A stretch of 64,000 nucleotides of DNA, from contig OY970309.1 of assembly GCA_963716395.1 (NCBI GenBank), forward strand, positions 3,296,001 through 3,360,000, written 5' to 3'. Position numbers and translations under genes: made by a program. The notes beneath the pieces are model-generated. The model was given only the letters and a program-made list of their open reading frames with translations, was not told the origin of the DNA and searched no databases. Within the stretch, counting starts at the first letter, position 1, and the number at the start of each line of letters is the position of its first letter. Source of the DNA: an uncultured Fibrobacteria bacterium. GTDB lineage: Bacteria; Fibrobacterota; Fibrobacteria; UBA11236. Below, one piece after another: positions 20,912 to 30,373 of this stretch.

Positions 20912-20935
20912 TTAATAGTTTTATTAATAGTTTTA
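20912..20935. repeat. Perfect 12-bp AT-rich tandem repeat (TTAATAGTTTTA)x2 upstream of tssB
   Basis: Seen directly at 20912-20923 and 20924-20935. Confidence 0.85.
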
Positions 20936-20984
20936 GGCGCACGCATGACGATTAATCCACGCATTGCCCACAAGGAGGGTCACC

Positions 20985-21524
20985 ATGGCCAGCGGTAGCA
21001 GTTTTCAAAATGAAATCCCCCCGGCACGCGTCAACATCAAATTGGATTTGGACAAGGGCGGCGCCCAGAAGAAGATGGAATTGCCCTTCAAAATGCTCGT
21101 GCTGGGCGATTTCTCCCAGAAAGGCGACAGCGGCAAGCTGGTGGACAAAGAGAAGATCAATATCAATAAAGACAACTTCAACCAAGTGATGGAGTCCATG
21201 GACCTCGGGCTAAACCTCACCGTGGAGAACAAGCTCAATCCGGCCGGTGGCGATCTCAAGGTCGATCTCAAGTTCAAAAACATGAAGTCTTTCGACCCCA
21301 TGGAAATCGTGAAGCAGGTACCGCAGCTTTCCAAGTTGCTCGCGGCCCGCAACCTGGTGAAAGACCTGAAATCCAACCTTATGGATAACAAAGAGTTCCG
21401 TAAGAAACTTGAAGCCGTTATGCAGGATCAAACGGCCATGGATTCCCTGGTGGCCGAACTCGACAAGATCGTGCCCATGGGTGAAGAAAGCAAAGAAGCG
21501 GGCAAAGAAGAGCCCAAAGCTTAA
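20985..21524 (+). CDS. tssB: T6SS contractile sheath small subunit
   Basis: SFQNEIPPARVNI..ELPFKMLVLGDFS; RBS AAGGAGG upstream. Confidence 0.95.
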   Translation: MASGSSFQNEIPPARVNIKLDLDKGGAQKKMELPFKMLVLGDFSQKGDSGKLVDKEKININKDNFNQVMESMDLGLNLTVENKLNPAGGDLKVDLKFKNMKSFDPMEIVKQVPQLSKLLAARNLVKDLKSNLMDNKEFRKKLEAVMQDQTAMDSLVAELDKIVPMGEESKEAGKEEPKA

Positions 21525-21557
21525 GCAACAGCCACAAGCATTCTCGGGAGGAACGGC

Positions 21558-23048
21558 ATGGCCGAAGAGAAGAAATCGCTGGTCAATGAAATCCTGGAAT
21601 ATATGGATATCAAATCTGCGCCTACGGAAACGGTGGATTTGCTCCAGTTCCGTGAAGAGCAGGACTTGGCTGAAATCGATGCCAACAAACGCATCACCGC
21701 GGCTTTACGCGTTTTTCTGGGCGCCATCACCGAAGGCGCGGCGGTGGAGCGCATCGACAAAGCCGTGCTCGATCAGCAGATCGCGGCTATCGACGAAAAG
21801 ATCTCCTCGCAGCTTGACGAGATCCTGCATCATTCCGATTTCCAGAAATTGGAATCGGCATGGAAGGGTTTGAAATTTCTGGTCGATCGCACCGACTTCC
21901 GCAAGAACATGAAGGTCGAGATCCTCGACGTTTCCAAAGAGGCACTGCAAGAGGACTTCGAAGATTCGCCCGAAACCATTCAAAGCGGGTTGTACAAACA
22001 CGTGTACACCCAGGAATACGACACTCCGGGCGGCGAACCTGTGGGCGCCATCATCGCCAATTACGAATTCACCTCCAAGCCCTTCGACGTATCGCTGTTG
22101 CAAAACGCCGCCAAAATTTCGGCGGCCGCGCATTGCCCCTTCATCAGTTCTGTAGGTCCGGCTTTTTTCAACCGAAAAGACGCCCGTGAACTTCCGGCCA
22201 TCGAAGATCTCGGCACCTATATGGAGCGCGCCGAATATCTCAAATGGAAGGCCTTCCGCGAGTCGGACGATTCGCGTTATGTCGGTCTCACCTTGCCGCG
22301 CTTTCTCCTCCGCCTTCCCTACGGACCCGATACGACTCCCGTCAAAGAATTCGTATACCGCGAACAGGTCACGGGCGCGGAGCATGACAAATACCTGTGG
22401 GGCAATGCCGCCTTTTCCATGGGCGCCAACCTCGCCCGTTCTTTCGCCGACCACGGTTGGTGCGTGCAAATTCGCGGACCCGAAGCCGGCGGTAAGGTGG
22501 AAGACTTGCCCATTCACAACTACGATGTGGGCCGCGGTAACCAAATGAAAATACCCACCGAAATCCTGATTCCGGAAACGCGCGAATTCGAATTTGCCAA
22601 TCAGGGATTCATTCCCCTGTCCTTTTACAAGAACCGGAATTACGCCTGTTTTTTCTCGGCCAACTCCGCGCAAAAAGCGGCCTTGTTCGACGATCCGAAT
22701 ATCACGGCCAACAGCCGCATCAATTCGCGTCTGCCCTACATTTTCTTGACATCGCGTTTAGCCCATTATCTCAAAGTGATCCAACGCGAGAACATCGGCG
22801 CCACCAAGAACGCCTCGGTGCTCGAAGAAGAATTGAACGGCTGGATTCGCAACCTGGTGAGCGAAATGAAGAACCCGTCCCCTACGGTGGCTGCGCAGCG
22901 TCCTTTGAGCGCCGCGCAAATCAAGGTCACGGAATTGGCGGACAACCCGGGATTTTTCCGCGTGGCCATGGCCGTGAGTCCGCATTTTCAAGTCGAGGGT
23001 ATCGACGTGAACCTGCAATTGGTTTCGCAAATGCCCAAGGGCAAATAA
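21558..23048 (+). CDS. tssC: T6SS contractile sheath large subunit
   Basis: FQKLESAWKGL, AAHCPF, PRFLLRLPYG, YLWGN and SRLAHYLKVIQRENIG. Confidence 0.96.
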   Translation: MAEEKKSLVNEILEYMDIKSAPTETVDLLQFREEQDLAEIDANKRITAALRVFLGAITEGAAVERIDKAVLDQQIAAIDEKISSQLDEILHHSDFQKLESAWKGLKFLVDRTDFRKNMKVEILDVSKEALQEDFEDSPETIQSGLYKHVYTQEYDTPGGEPVGAIIANYEFTSKPFDVSLLQNAAKISAAAHCPFISSVGPAFFNRKDARELPAIEDLGTYMERAEYLKWKAFRESDDSRYVGLTLPRFLLRLPYGPDTTPVKEFVYREQVTGAEHDKYLWGNAAFSMGANLARSFADHGWCVQIRGPEAGGKVEDLPIHNYDVGRGNQMKIPTEILIPETREFEFANQGFIPLSFYKNRNYACFFSANSAQKAALFDDPNITANSRINSRLPYIFLTSRLAHYLKVIQRENIGATKNASVLEEELNGWIRNLVSEMKNPSPTVAAQRPLSAAQIKVTELADNPGFFRVAMAVSPHFQVEGIDVNLQLVSQMPKGK

Positions 23049-23099
23049 CCGGTTTCTTTCCGGGTCGTTTGAAGACCTTTTGACATCTTCGCGGACTTG

Positions 23100-23137
23100 G
23101 ACCGAAAATCCCTTAGGGGACGATTTCGGTCTTTTTT
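23100..23137 (+). terminator. Probable Rho-independent terminator after tssC
   Basis: GACCGAAA...TTTCGGTC stem followed by T6. Confidence 0.65.
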
Positions 23138-23276
23138 GTTCCCACCTCGATTTCGGATTCCCTTCAGCGTGACGGCCGTCACAGACAAGGCCGTCCGGAT
23201 ACGATAAATTATGCTCCATGGTACGCGAGTACTATATTTCCAACCACCATTCCCCCGAGCATAAGGAGATGCCAAC

Positions 23277-23783
23277 ATGGCACTAAATGCATACCTCACT
23301 CTCAAAGGCCAGAAATCAGGCGCAATCAAGGGGTCGGTGACCCAGAAGGGCCGTGAAGGCACGATTCAGGTCATCGCCGTGTCGCATGAAATCATTTCGC
23401 CCCGCGATCCGGCCTCGGGCCTGCCCACGGGCAAACGCATGCACAAGCCTCTGGTCATCACCAAGGAACTCGATAAGTCATCGCCGTTGCTGTATAACTT
23501 GATCGTGACCAACGAGAACATCTCGGACTTTGAATTGAAGTTCTATGCCTCCCAACTCAAGGCCAGCGCGGGCATCGGCCAGGAAATCAACCAGTACACC
23601 ATTAAGCTGACCAATGCCAATGTCGCCTCCATCAATTTCAAGATGTTGAACAACCGCAATCCGGACCTTATGAAATACCCGGAATTCGAAGAGGTGGCGT
23701 TCACTTATCAGAAAATCGAATGGACCTGGACCGACGGTGGCATCATGGCGGTGGACGATTGGGAATCCCCGATCACGGGTTAA
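23277..23783 (+). CDS. hcp: T6SS tube protein Hcp
   Basis: AYLTLKGQKSG.IKG, PRDPASGLPTGKRMHKP, KELDKSSPLL and EEVAFTYQKIEW; RBS TAAGGAG. Confidence 0.95.
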   Translation: MALNAYLTLKGQKSGAIKGSVTQKGREGTIQVIAVSHEIISPRDPASGLPTGKRMHKPLVITKELDKSSPLLYNLIVTNENISDFELKFYASQLKASAGIGQEINQYTIKLTNANVASINFKMLNNRNPDLMKYPEFEEVAFTYQKIEWTWTDGGIMAVDDWESPITG

Positions 23784-23809
23784 ACGCAGCGCGTGTGTAC
23801 CGCCTTTTC

Positions 23810-23835
23810 AAGGCCGGGTTTTACCCGGCCTTTTT
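23810..23835 (+). terminator. Rho-independent terminator after hcp
   Basis: AAGGCCGGGT-TTT-ACCCGGCCTT followed by a T run. Confidence 0.75.
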
Positions 23836-23860
23836 CATTCACCCTCCGGTCTGATGCTCC

Positions 23861-23877
23861 GTCCGCCGGAGGCGGAC
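23861..23877. repeat. Solo hairpin GTCCGCC-GGA-GGCGGAC, same stem as the hairpins in the tRNA-Asn arrays
   Basis: Perfect 7-bp stem with GGA triloop in the hcp-tssE intergenic region. Confidence 0.7.
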
Positions 23878-24003
23878 TGCAGGGTAGTTCATTTTTTTCA
23901 GGTCCGAAATCCTCGGATGAACTTGGGGTCGCTCCCATCTCCCACAAACGCGTAAAGATTCGATCAGCCGGCATGACCGTACCTCATTTCTAACTTCTGG
24001 TTT

Positions 24004-24438
24004 ATGTCCGGCCAAACCTTGGGCGAGGGTCTATTCGAAAAACTGTCGGGTCTGTACGCCGATGGAACGCCCGTCGATGCGGTTCCCAAGGAGTATCGAC
24101 GCGCCAAAAGCATCGCCGATCATTTGTGGCGGATGTACAATACGCGCCGCGGGGCGGTGCCGCATTTGCCCGATTACGGATTGCCCGACATCAACGAAAT
24201 TTATCAGCATCTTCCGGGCAGCCTGAAAATGCTGGAGCAGACGATTTTGGAGATCACCGCCAAATATGAACCGCGCCTGGAGCGCGTGCGTATCCGGTCG
24301 GTACCGTCGCCGCAGCAGGAATTCAAACTTTCCTTCGAACTCAGCGCGGCGGTGCGCGGCGCCGAACGCGTGTTATTCCAAACGCATTTCAGTTCCATGG
24401 GTCTGTCGAAAGTCGAAGCCTTGAACCGCCGCGGATAA
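24004..24438 (+). CDS. tssE: T6SS baseplate subunit TssE (gp25-like)
   Basis: HLWRMYNTRRG..LPDYGLPD and KYEPRL. Confidence 0.9.
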   Translation: MSGQTLGEGLFEKLSGLYADGTPVDAVPKEYRRAKSIADHLWRMYNTRRGAVPHLPDYGLPDINEIYQHLPGSLKMLEQTILEITAKYEPRLERVRIRSVPSPQQEFKLSFELSAAVRGAERVLFQTHFSSMGLSKVEALNRRG

Positions 24439-24443
24439 AGCCC

Positions 24444-26186
24444 ATGCCCGGATTCGAAGAGTATTACGAAGAAGAGCTGCGTTATCTGCGCGAGGCCGGA
24501 CAGGAATTCGCCGAAGCCTTTCCGGATCGCGCGCGTTACCTCAATCTGACCACCCTGGAAGATCGCGACCCCTACGTGGAGCGGCTCTTCGAAGGCTTCG
24601 CCTTTCTCTCCGGCCGCATCCGGCAAAAGCTCGACGACGACTTTCCCGAATTCGCCCGCAATCTGCTGGAGATGATCGACCCGTTGTTTCTGCGCGCCAT
24701 CCCTTCGCTGTGCATGGTCGAATTCCGCTTTCAGGAATCGCTGTTGGCGAGGCCGCATGTGCTGCCGCCGGGAACGACCTTGCTCACCAATCCCGTCGGG
24801 CGCGAAATGACGGTGTGCCGCTTTCGTACCACCAAGCCCGTGCGGCTCATGCCCGTGCGCCTCGAAAACGTCGAAGCCGTGCATCATGCGTCTTTGGGCG
24901 ACGGAATGCGCTTCGACTTTCGCATCGACGCGGCCGCCGAATTGGTGCCCGAAGATTGGGGCGAACTCCCCGTGTATTTGCACGGCGAAAGGCCGCTGGC
25001 GTATTTTCTGCATGAATTTCTGACCGCCAAGGTGGCGCAGGTGTTTCTCGAAGTGCCGGGACAGGCCGCGGCCATCGGCGGACCCGAACTCTTGACTCCG
25101 GGCGGATTCGGCGAAGACGAAAACCTGCTGCCGCCCATCGACAGCAGCTTTGAAGGCAGCCGTTTTCTGTTGGAATTCTTCGCCTTCGACGAAAAATTCC
25201 GCTTCGTGAATTTCGATCTCCGGCCTTTGTCCGGCCGGGTCCTGGGAGAAAATTTTACCCTCAAGGTGCATTTCCGCGAAGGCTTGCCCGAAGGCCGTCG
25301 CTTCGGAACCCCGAATTTCCGCCTGCACGCTTCGCCGGCCGTAAACCTCTTTCCCCTGCGCGCCGAACCCATCGTATTGGACCAACATCACTTCGAATAC
25401 TCCGTGACTCCCGAAGCCAACCGCCGCACCGAAACCTATGAAGTGGTGGGCATCACCGGCGTCGACAAAGCCACGGGACGGCACCATCCCTATCACAAGT
25501 TCAGCGACTTTCGCGTGCCGGCCGTGGCCAAGGGCGCCGCCGAAGGGTATTTCCAGGCGCGCCAGGAACCGAATGCCAAAGGCCGCTGGACCACCTATCT
25601 CACCTTGGGCCGTTACGGCGAGCGCAACACCTTCGAAGAGGAATATCTCTCGGTGGAGATTCTGGCCTTTCAAAACGGAGTCCCGCGCGAAGACATGACG
25701 GAAGGCGCTTTGAGTTCCGCCACGCCCGACTTTCCCGCCTTCGCCGAATTTTCCAACTTCACCCGGCCCACGCCGCCCATCTATCCCCCCAAGTACGAGC
25801 ATTCGCTGTGGTACCTGTTGGCCCATCTGAACATGAATTTCCGCTCGCTGTGCCAGCCGGATGTGCTCAAAGAAGTCCTCAGCCTGTATGACTGGACACG
25901 TAGCGCCCCGAACCGGAAAATCCTCGACGGTGTGGTATCGGCCACGGCGCGCAAGCGACACTTTCCCCTGGGCAGCCAATTGACGGCCGGTACGGAAGTC
26001 GTGGTCGAAGTGCGCGACGAAGCCTTTGCCGAAGGCGGGGAGCGATTGTTATTCGGACGCGTGCTGCTCGAATTTCTTTCGCAATACACCTCGATCAACC
26101 ACCGGGTGTCGCTGCGGCTCATTCAGGTGCCTTCGGGCCGCGAAACCGAATTTCAGCCGCGCGACGGACGATGTCATCCCCTGTAA
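24444..26186 (+). CDS. tssF: T6SS baseplate subunit TssF
   Basis: YYEEELRYLRE.G.EFA, DPYVERLFEGFAFL, PAVNLF and YTSIN. Confidence 0.95.
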   Translation: MPGFEEYYEEELRYLREAGQEFAEAFPDRARYLNLTTLEDRDPYVERLFEGFAFLSGRIRQKLDDDFPEFARNLLEMIDPLFLRAIPSLCMVEFRFQESLLARPHVLPPGTTLLTNPVGREMTVCRFRTTKPVRLMPVRLENVEAVHHASLGDGMRFDFRIDAAAELVPEDWGELPVYLHGERPLAYFLHEFLTAKVAQVFLEVPGQAAAIGGPELLTPGGFGEDENLLPPIDSSFEGSRFLLEFFAFDEKFRFVNFDLRPLSGRVLGENFTLKVHFREGLPEGRRFGTPNFRLHASPAVNLFPLRAEPIVLDQHHFEYSVTPEANRRTETYEVVGITGVDKATGRHHPYHKFSDFRVPAVAKGAAEGYFQARQEPNAKGRWTTYLTLGRYGERNTFEEEYLSVEILAFQNGVPREDMTEGALSSATPDFPAFAEFSNFTRPTPPIYPPKYEHSLWYLLAHLNMNFRSLCQPDVLKEVLSLYDWTRSAPNRKILDGVVSATARKRHFPLGSQLTAGTEVVVEVRDEAFAEGGERLLFGRVLLEFLSQYTSINHRVSLRLIQVPSGRETEFQPRDGRCHPL

Positions 26187-27283
26187 TCCAACGCCTGCTG
26201 GAAGGTGCGCCCGACTTCAATTTTTTCCAGGCCGTCCGCATTCTGGAAAGTCTTTTCCCCGGCGCGGCGCGTCCCGGTGAAGGCGACGATTTGGCCCGGG
26301 AAGCTTTTCGCATCGAAACCCTGAACACCCTGGCCTTCCCCGCCTCCGAAATCCATTCGCTGTTGCCTCCCAAAAGCTATGGGGAGCAACGCGATGATCT
26401 GGAAAAAGCGCATGGCAAGGAATTCGATTGGGAGCGGCCGGCGTTCGACCTCGATCTCTTGGCCCTGGTGCAAGAGCGCCGCATTCCGGCTCGGCTGCTG
26501 GTGACCTTCATGGGGCTGTACGGCGTATCCAGCCCGCTGCCCTCCTACTTCATCGATCCTATCACCTTGCGCAAGGTGGAATACTTCGAGTTGAAAAAAT
26601 TCCTCGACTTTTTCGGCCACCGATTTTACTCGCTGTTCTATCGGGCCTGGAAAAAATACCGCCACCCGTTGCACTTCGACCCCGACGGCCCGGACTCCAC
26701 CACGTTGCGCCTTGTGGCCATGACCGGGCAATGGCCCCGCCGCCTGCGGACCGCCGGCCGCGAAGAAAAGCCCGCCTTGGATCTGGCCCGCATTCCTTTC
26801 GCGCGTTTTCTCGGCAGCCGCGTGCGCAGCGCCCGCGGCCTGGAGCAATTGCTGCGGGGGTATTTCCGCTTTCCCCAGGTGCGCGTGCGTTCCTTTGCGC
26901 CGACTTGGTTCGACATTCCCGCAATGACGTGTTTGGGCCGGCCCGGCAACACTCTGGGCGCCGGAGCGCGTCTGGGAATGCGCATGGAAGATCGCGTCTT
27001 CAGTTTCACGGTGGAGATCGGCCCCTTGCCCGAAGCCGAATTCCTGGCGATGCAGATCAGTCTGTGGCGCGCAGGCGAAGCGGCATCAGGGCCGGCTCCG
27101 CTGTGGGAGCGCGTACGCGCAATGGTCGACGCCTATTTGCGCGATCCCCTGTTCTTTGAAGTGCGCGTGCTGCTGGCCTCCGAGGTCGGAGCGGCGCCTC
27201 GGCTCGGATCCGACTCGTTCCGCCTGGGGGGCTATTGCTGGATGGGAAGCGCGCCCCGGCAGACCGTGTCCTTGCGTTTCTGA
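26171..27283 (+). CDS. tssG: T6SS baseplate subunit TssG
   Basis: FNFFQAVRILE, LAFPASEI, FMGLYGVSSPLP, FLDFFGHR and YRAWKKYR. Confidence 0.93.
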   Translation: MSSPVIQRLLEGAPDFNFFQAVRILESLFPGAARPGEGDDLAREAFRIETLNTLAFPASEIHSLLPPKSYGEQRDDLEKAHGKEFDWERPAFDLDLLALVQERRIPARLLVTFMGLYGVSSPLPSYFIDPITLRKVEYFELKKFLDFFGHRFYSLFYRAWKKYRHPLHFDPDGPDSTTLRLVAMTGQWPRRLRTAGREEKPALDLARIPFARFLGSRVRSARGLEQLLRGYFRFPQVRVRSFAPTWFDIPAMTCLGRPGNTLGAGARLGMRMEDRVFSFTVEIGPLPEAEFLAMQISLWRAGEAASGPAPLWERVRAMVDAYLRDPLFFEVRVLLASEVGAAPRLGSDSFRLGGYCWMGSAPRQTVSLRF

Positions 27284-27354
27284 TCCGCAACCGCTGCGCA
27301 TGGAAAGCGGCTGAAGTCGGGACCCGAACGCGGCATTTCGCTATATTACTCCCC

Positions 27355-28638
27355 ATGACTCTAAAATCAGCACTTCTGCCGTGGTTGCTGGGAGCCGCCG
27401 CTTTGGCCGGCGCCGAACCGGCCCCACAACCGATTCAAATCTGGGTGAGCTCGCAAACCGATCTCAAGTATTACCAGGAAATGGTGACCCTTTACCGGGA
27501 GCAGGTCGATAAAAATTTCACCGCCGACGTGCACGCCTATGGCTTCACCGAGATGCCCAACAAACTGGCGGTGGCCATCAAGAGCGGCATCAATACGCCC
27601 GACCTCGTGCAACTCGACGAAATATTCTTCAGCCTTTATCTCCGCGGCGAAGTGCCTTTCGTCGACCTCACCGACCGGCTGCAGCAAAGCCCCATCAGCA
27701 GCGGCATGGTGCCGCAACGCATGAACCTTTTTCGCTGGCAAGGACGCATCTACGGCGTTCCCCAAAGCCTGAGCGCGGTGGTGCTGTGGTATCGCCAGGA
27801 TCTTTTTCAGCAACTGAAAATCAGCCCGGACGACATCAACACCTGGGATAAATTCGAGGCGGTGGGGCGCCGAATCCGATCGGATAACCATAAACTCATC
27901 GCCCTGGATTGGTCGTATCTCGAAATCCTGCTGCGCCAGCGGGGCTATGATTTGTTCGGCCCCGACGGAAAGCTATTCACCGACTCGGCGGTCATCGTCG
28001 ACACCTGGAACAAGCTGCGAACCTGGCAGCAGGACAGCATCGGCTTTGTGCCCGATCGCGCTTCCATTTTCGATCCGGCCTTTTATACCAATTACGCGGC
28101 CAACAATTCGGTGCTGACTTTGATGGGGCCGGATTGGTTCGGACTCGATATTCTGCAAAACATGGACCCGAAACACAAAGGCTTGTGGCGCGCCATGCCT
28201 TTGCCCATCTGGACCGACTCGGTTTCGAAAAGCCGCCGCAATACTTCCTGTTTTTCGGGGCAAGGGCTGATGATTTTCAAAAAAAGCCGTCACATCGACG
28301 CCAGTTGGAAATTCATGGAATGGGTCATGACGGATGTCGACGCCAATGTGCAGCGCTATCTCGAAGGCAATTGCTTTCCCGCCTATAAACCGGCCTGGAC
28401 CGACCTGCGCTTCTCGCGCAAGGACCCTTATTTCGGCAACCAGGATTTGTCGGAGCTGTTCATGGATATATCGTCGAACCTTCCGTCGACGACCCAATCG
28501 CCGCTGCACGCCATGGTGGTGAATATGCTGCGCGAATCGTATTTCATCCCCGTGGTCCGCCAAACCGCCTTACCCTCCGAAGCCATACGAACCATCATCG
28601 ACAAGATCGCCCAAATGTCGGCCGCGAAAAAACCCTGA
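27355..28638 (+). CDS. Carbohydrate ABC transporter substrate-binding protein
   Basis: Signal peptide; PDLVQLD, IYGVP, WYRQDLF and WKFMEW; first gene of the ABC operon. Confidence 0.85.
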   Translation: MTLKSALLPWLLGAAALAGAEPAPQPIQIWVSSQTDLKYYQEMVTLYREQVDKNFTADVHAYGFTEMPNKLAVAIKSGINTPDLVQLDEIFFSLYLRGEVPFVDLTDRLQQSPISSGMVPQRMNLFRWQGRIYGVPQSLSAVVLWYRQDLFQQLKISPDDINTWDKFEAVGRRIRSDNHKLIALDWSYLEILLRQRGYDLFGPDGKLFTDSAVIVDTWNKLRTWQQDSIGFVPDRASIFDPAFYTNYAANNSVLTLMGPDWFGLDILQNMDPKHKGLWRAMPLPIWTDSVSKSRRNTSCFSGQGLMIFKKSRHIDASWKFMEWVMTDVDANVQRYLEGNCFPAYKPAWTDLRFSRKDPYFGNQDLSELFMDISSNLPSTTQSPLHAMVVNMLRESYFIPVVRQTALPSEAIRTIIDKIAQMSAAKKP

Positions 28639-28649
28639 GCGGAACGCCC

Positions 28650-29540
28650 GTGCCCCAACCCCGCCGGGCCCGACCCGTTCCCTATTTGCTCGCGGCGCCG
28701 TTCTTCGCGGCGCTTTTCTGTTTCTGGCTGGTGCCTTTGGTGCGAGGCTTCCACCTCAGCTTTGAAAGCGACACCTTGTACGGCGCTTCGTCTTTCGTGG
28801 GATTCGAGCATTACCGCGCGCTGCTGCATGATCCGCGATTCGGGCACGCCTTGATCAATACTTTGGTGTACTGCGGTCTGGCGTTGCTGCTCATCATTCC
28901 CGCGGCGCTGGGGGTGGCGCATTTGCTCCGACGCGCGCCGGCCCGGTTGCGCGGGCCCTTGCAATTCTGTCTGCTTTTGCCCGGACTCACGCCGCCGCTG
29001 GTGTTGGCTTTACTGTATTTGCTGGTGTTCAACGGACCGCACGGATTGTTGAACCGCGTGTTTCTCCACCCTTTCGGATTTCCGAATATCGACTGGATTC
29101 GCGATCCCCGCTTCATCAAACCCAGCATGGCCATATTGGCATTCTGGCGCTGGACCGGATTTATCGCTTTGATCTTCCTCTCCGCATTGGAAGGAATTCC
29201 CCATGCCGTGGTGGATGCCGCGGCCGTCGAAGGCGCAACCCCCTGGCAAATTTTTCGCCGGGTCACCTTGCCGCTGTTGCGCCCGGTTACGGTCTTTGTA
29301 GCCGCCTTCCTATTTCTCGACGCCTTCGTACTCTTTGAAGGCGCGTACGTGTTGCTGGGCGATTCGGGCGGTGCCCTCGACGCGGGGTTGCTGCTGATTT
29401 CCTATGCCTATATTACCGCCTTCACCTACGGAAATTTCGGAAGCGCGGCGGCCATGTCGTTTACCATGACTCCGGTATTGATGCTGGCCTTGTGGTTCAT
29501 CCTCCTCCGGGGCCGCCGGCCGCGCCCGGCTCGCTCCTGA
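28650..29540 (+). CDS. Carbohydrate ABC transporter permease
   Basis: FVGFEHY and EAA-like loop DAAAVEGATPWQIFRRVTLPLL. Confidence 0.88.
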   Translation: MPQPRRARPVPYLLAAPFFAALFCFWLVPLVRGFHLSFESDTLYGASSFVGFEHYRALLHDPRFGHALINTLVYCGLALLLIIPAALGVAHLLRRAPARLRGPLQFCLLLPGLTPPLVLALLYLLVFNGPHGLLNRVFLHPFGFPNIDWIRDPRFIKPSMAILAFWRWTGFIALIFLSALEGIPHAVVDAAAVEGATPWQIFRRVTLPLLRPVTVFVAAFLFLDAFVLFEGAYVLLGDSGGALDAGLLLISYAYITAFTYGNFGSAAAMSFTMTPVLMLALWFILLRGRRPRPARS

Positions 29541-29544
29541 TCCC

Positions 29545-30372
29545 ATGCGGCGGCGTCGAATTTGGCTTTCGGCCGTGGCCGCCCTGCTGTTGATGGTATT
29601 GGGCATCGCCTTCGCCTTTCCGTTCGCATGGATGTTCTGTGCGGGCTTTAAATCCGACGCCGCTATTTTCTCGACCTTTCCCCTCTTGCCCGAGCATTTC
29701 GACGGGCAATATTACCGCTCTTTGCTCACGGGTGAATGGATTCCCTATGTGCGCCAGTTTTGGAATTCGCTGTTCATCGCGTGCGTGGAAACGGTCCTGG
29801 CCACCGCTTTCGCCTGCGGCGCGGGTTATGTTTTCGCCAAATTCCCTTTCCGTTGGAAGCGCATCTGGTTCGCCCTGGCGATTCTGGCCATACTCGTGCC
29901 GCGCCAAGTCTTGCTGCTGCCCCTGTTCACCTGGATGAACACCTTGTCTTTGCTCGACACGCCCTGGGCCGTGATTTTGCCGGGCGCGGCCAGCGGTATC
30001 GGCGTTCTGTATTTCACCGCCGCCTTCCGCCGTCTGCCCGACGCCTTGCTCGACATGGCGCGCTGCGAAGGCGCCGGAGAATACCGCGCCTTTTTCACAG
30101 CTTTGCCTTTGGTACGGCCGGCCTGGATCGCCTTTGCCTTGATCGAATTCGTGCTGTGCTGGCAGGATCATTTGCTGCCGCTGGTCATGCTGACTTCCAA
30201 TCAAAAACTCACGGTGACCATCGCCCTGGCCAGTCTCGAAGCCGGCAGCATCCGCGTGCATTACGGGCTGCTCATGGCCGGATGTACTTTGACCTTGGTG
30301 CCCACCGCGCTGTTCTTTGTCCTCGCCTACCGCCACTTCCGCACGGCCCTGGCCAACCTCACCGAGATGTGA
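29545..30372 (+). CDS. Carbohydrate ABC transporter permease
   Basis: FWNSLF, GYVFAK and LPDALLDMARCEGA. Confidence 0.88.
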   Translation: MRRRRIWLSAVAALLLMVLGIAFAFPFAWMFCAGFKSDAAIFSTFPLLPEHFDGQYYRSLLTGEWIPYVRQFWNSLFIACVETVLATAFACGAGYVFAKFPFRWKRIWFALAILAILVPRQVLLLPLFTWMNTLSLLDTPWAVILPGAASGIGVLYFTAAFRRLPDALLDMARCEGAGEYRAFFTALPLVRPAWIAFALIEFVLCWQDHLLPLVMLTSNQKLTVTIALASLEAGSIRVHYGLLMAGCTLTLVPTALFFVLAYRHFRTALANLTEM

Positions 30373-30373
30373 C

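Noticed and set aside
23218-23236. Sigma54 promoter before hcp (TGGTACG...)
   Set aside because: The -12 GC is not present at the required spacing.
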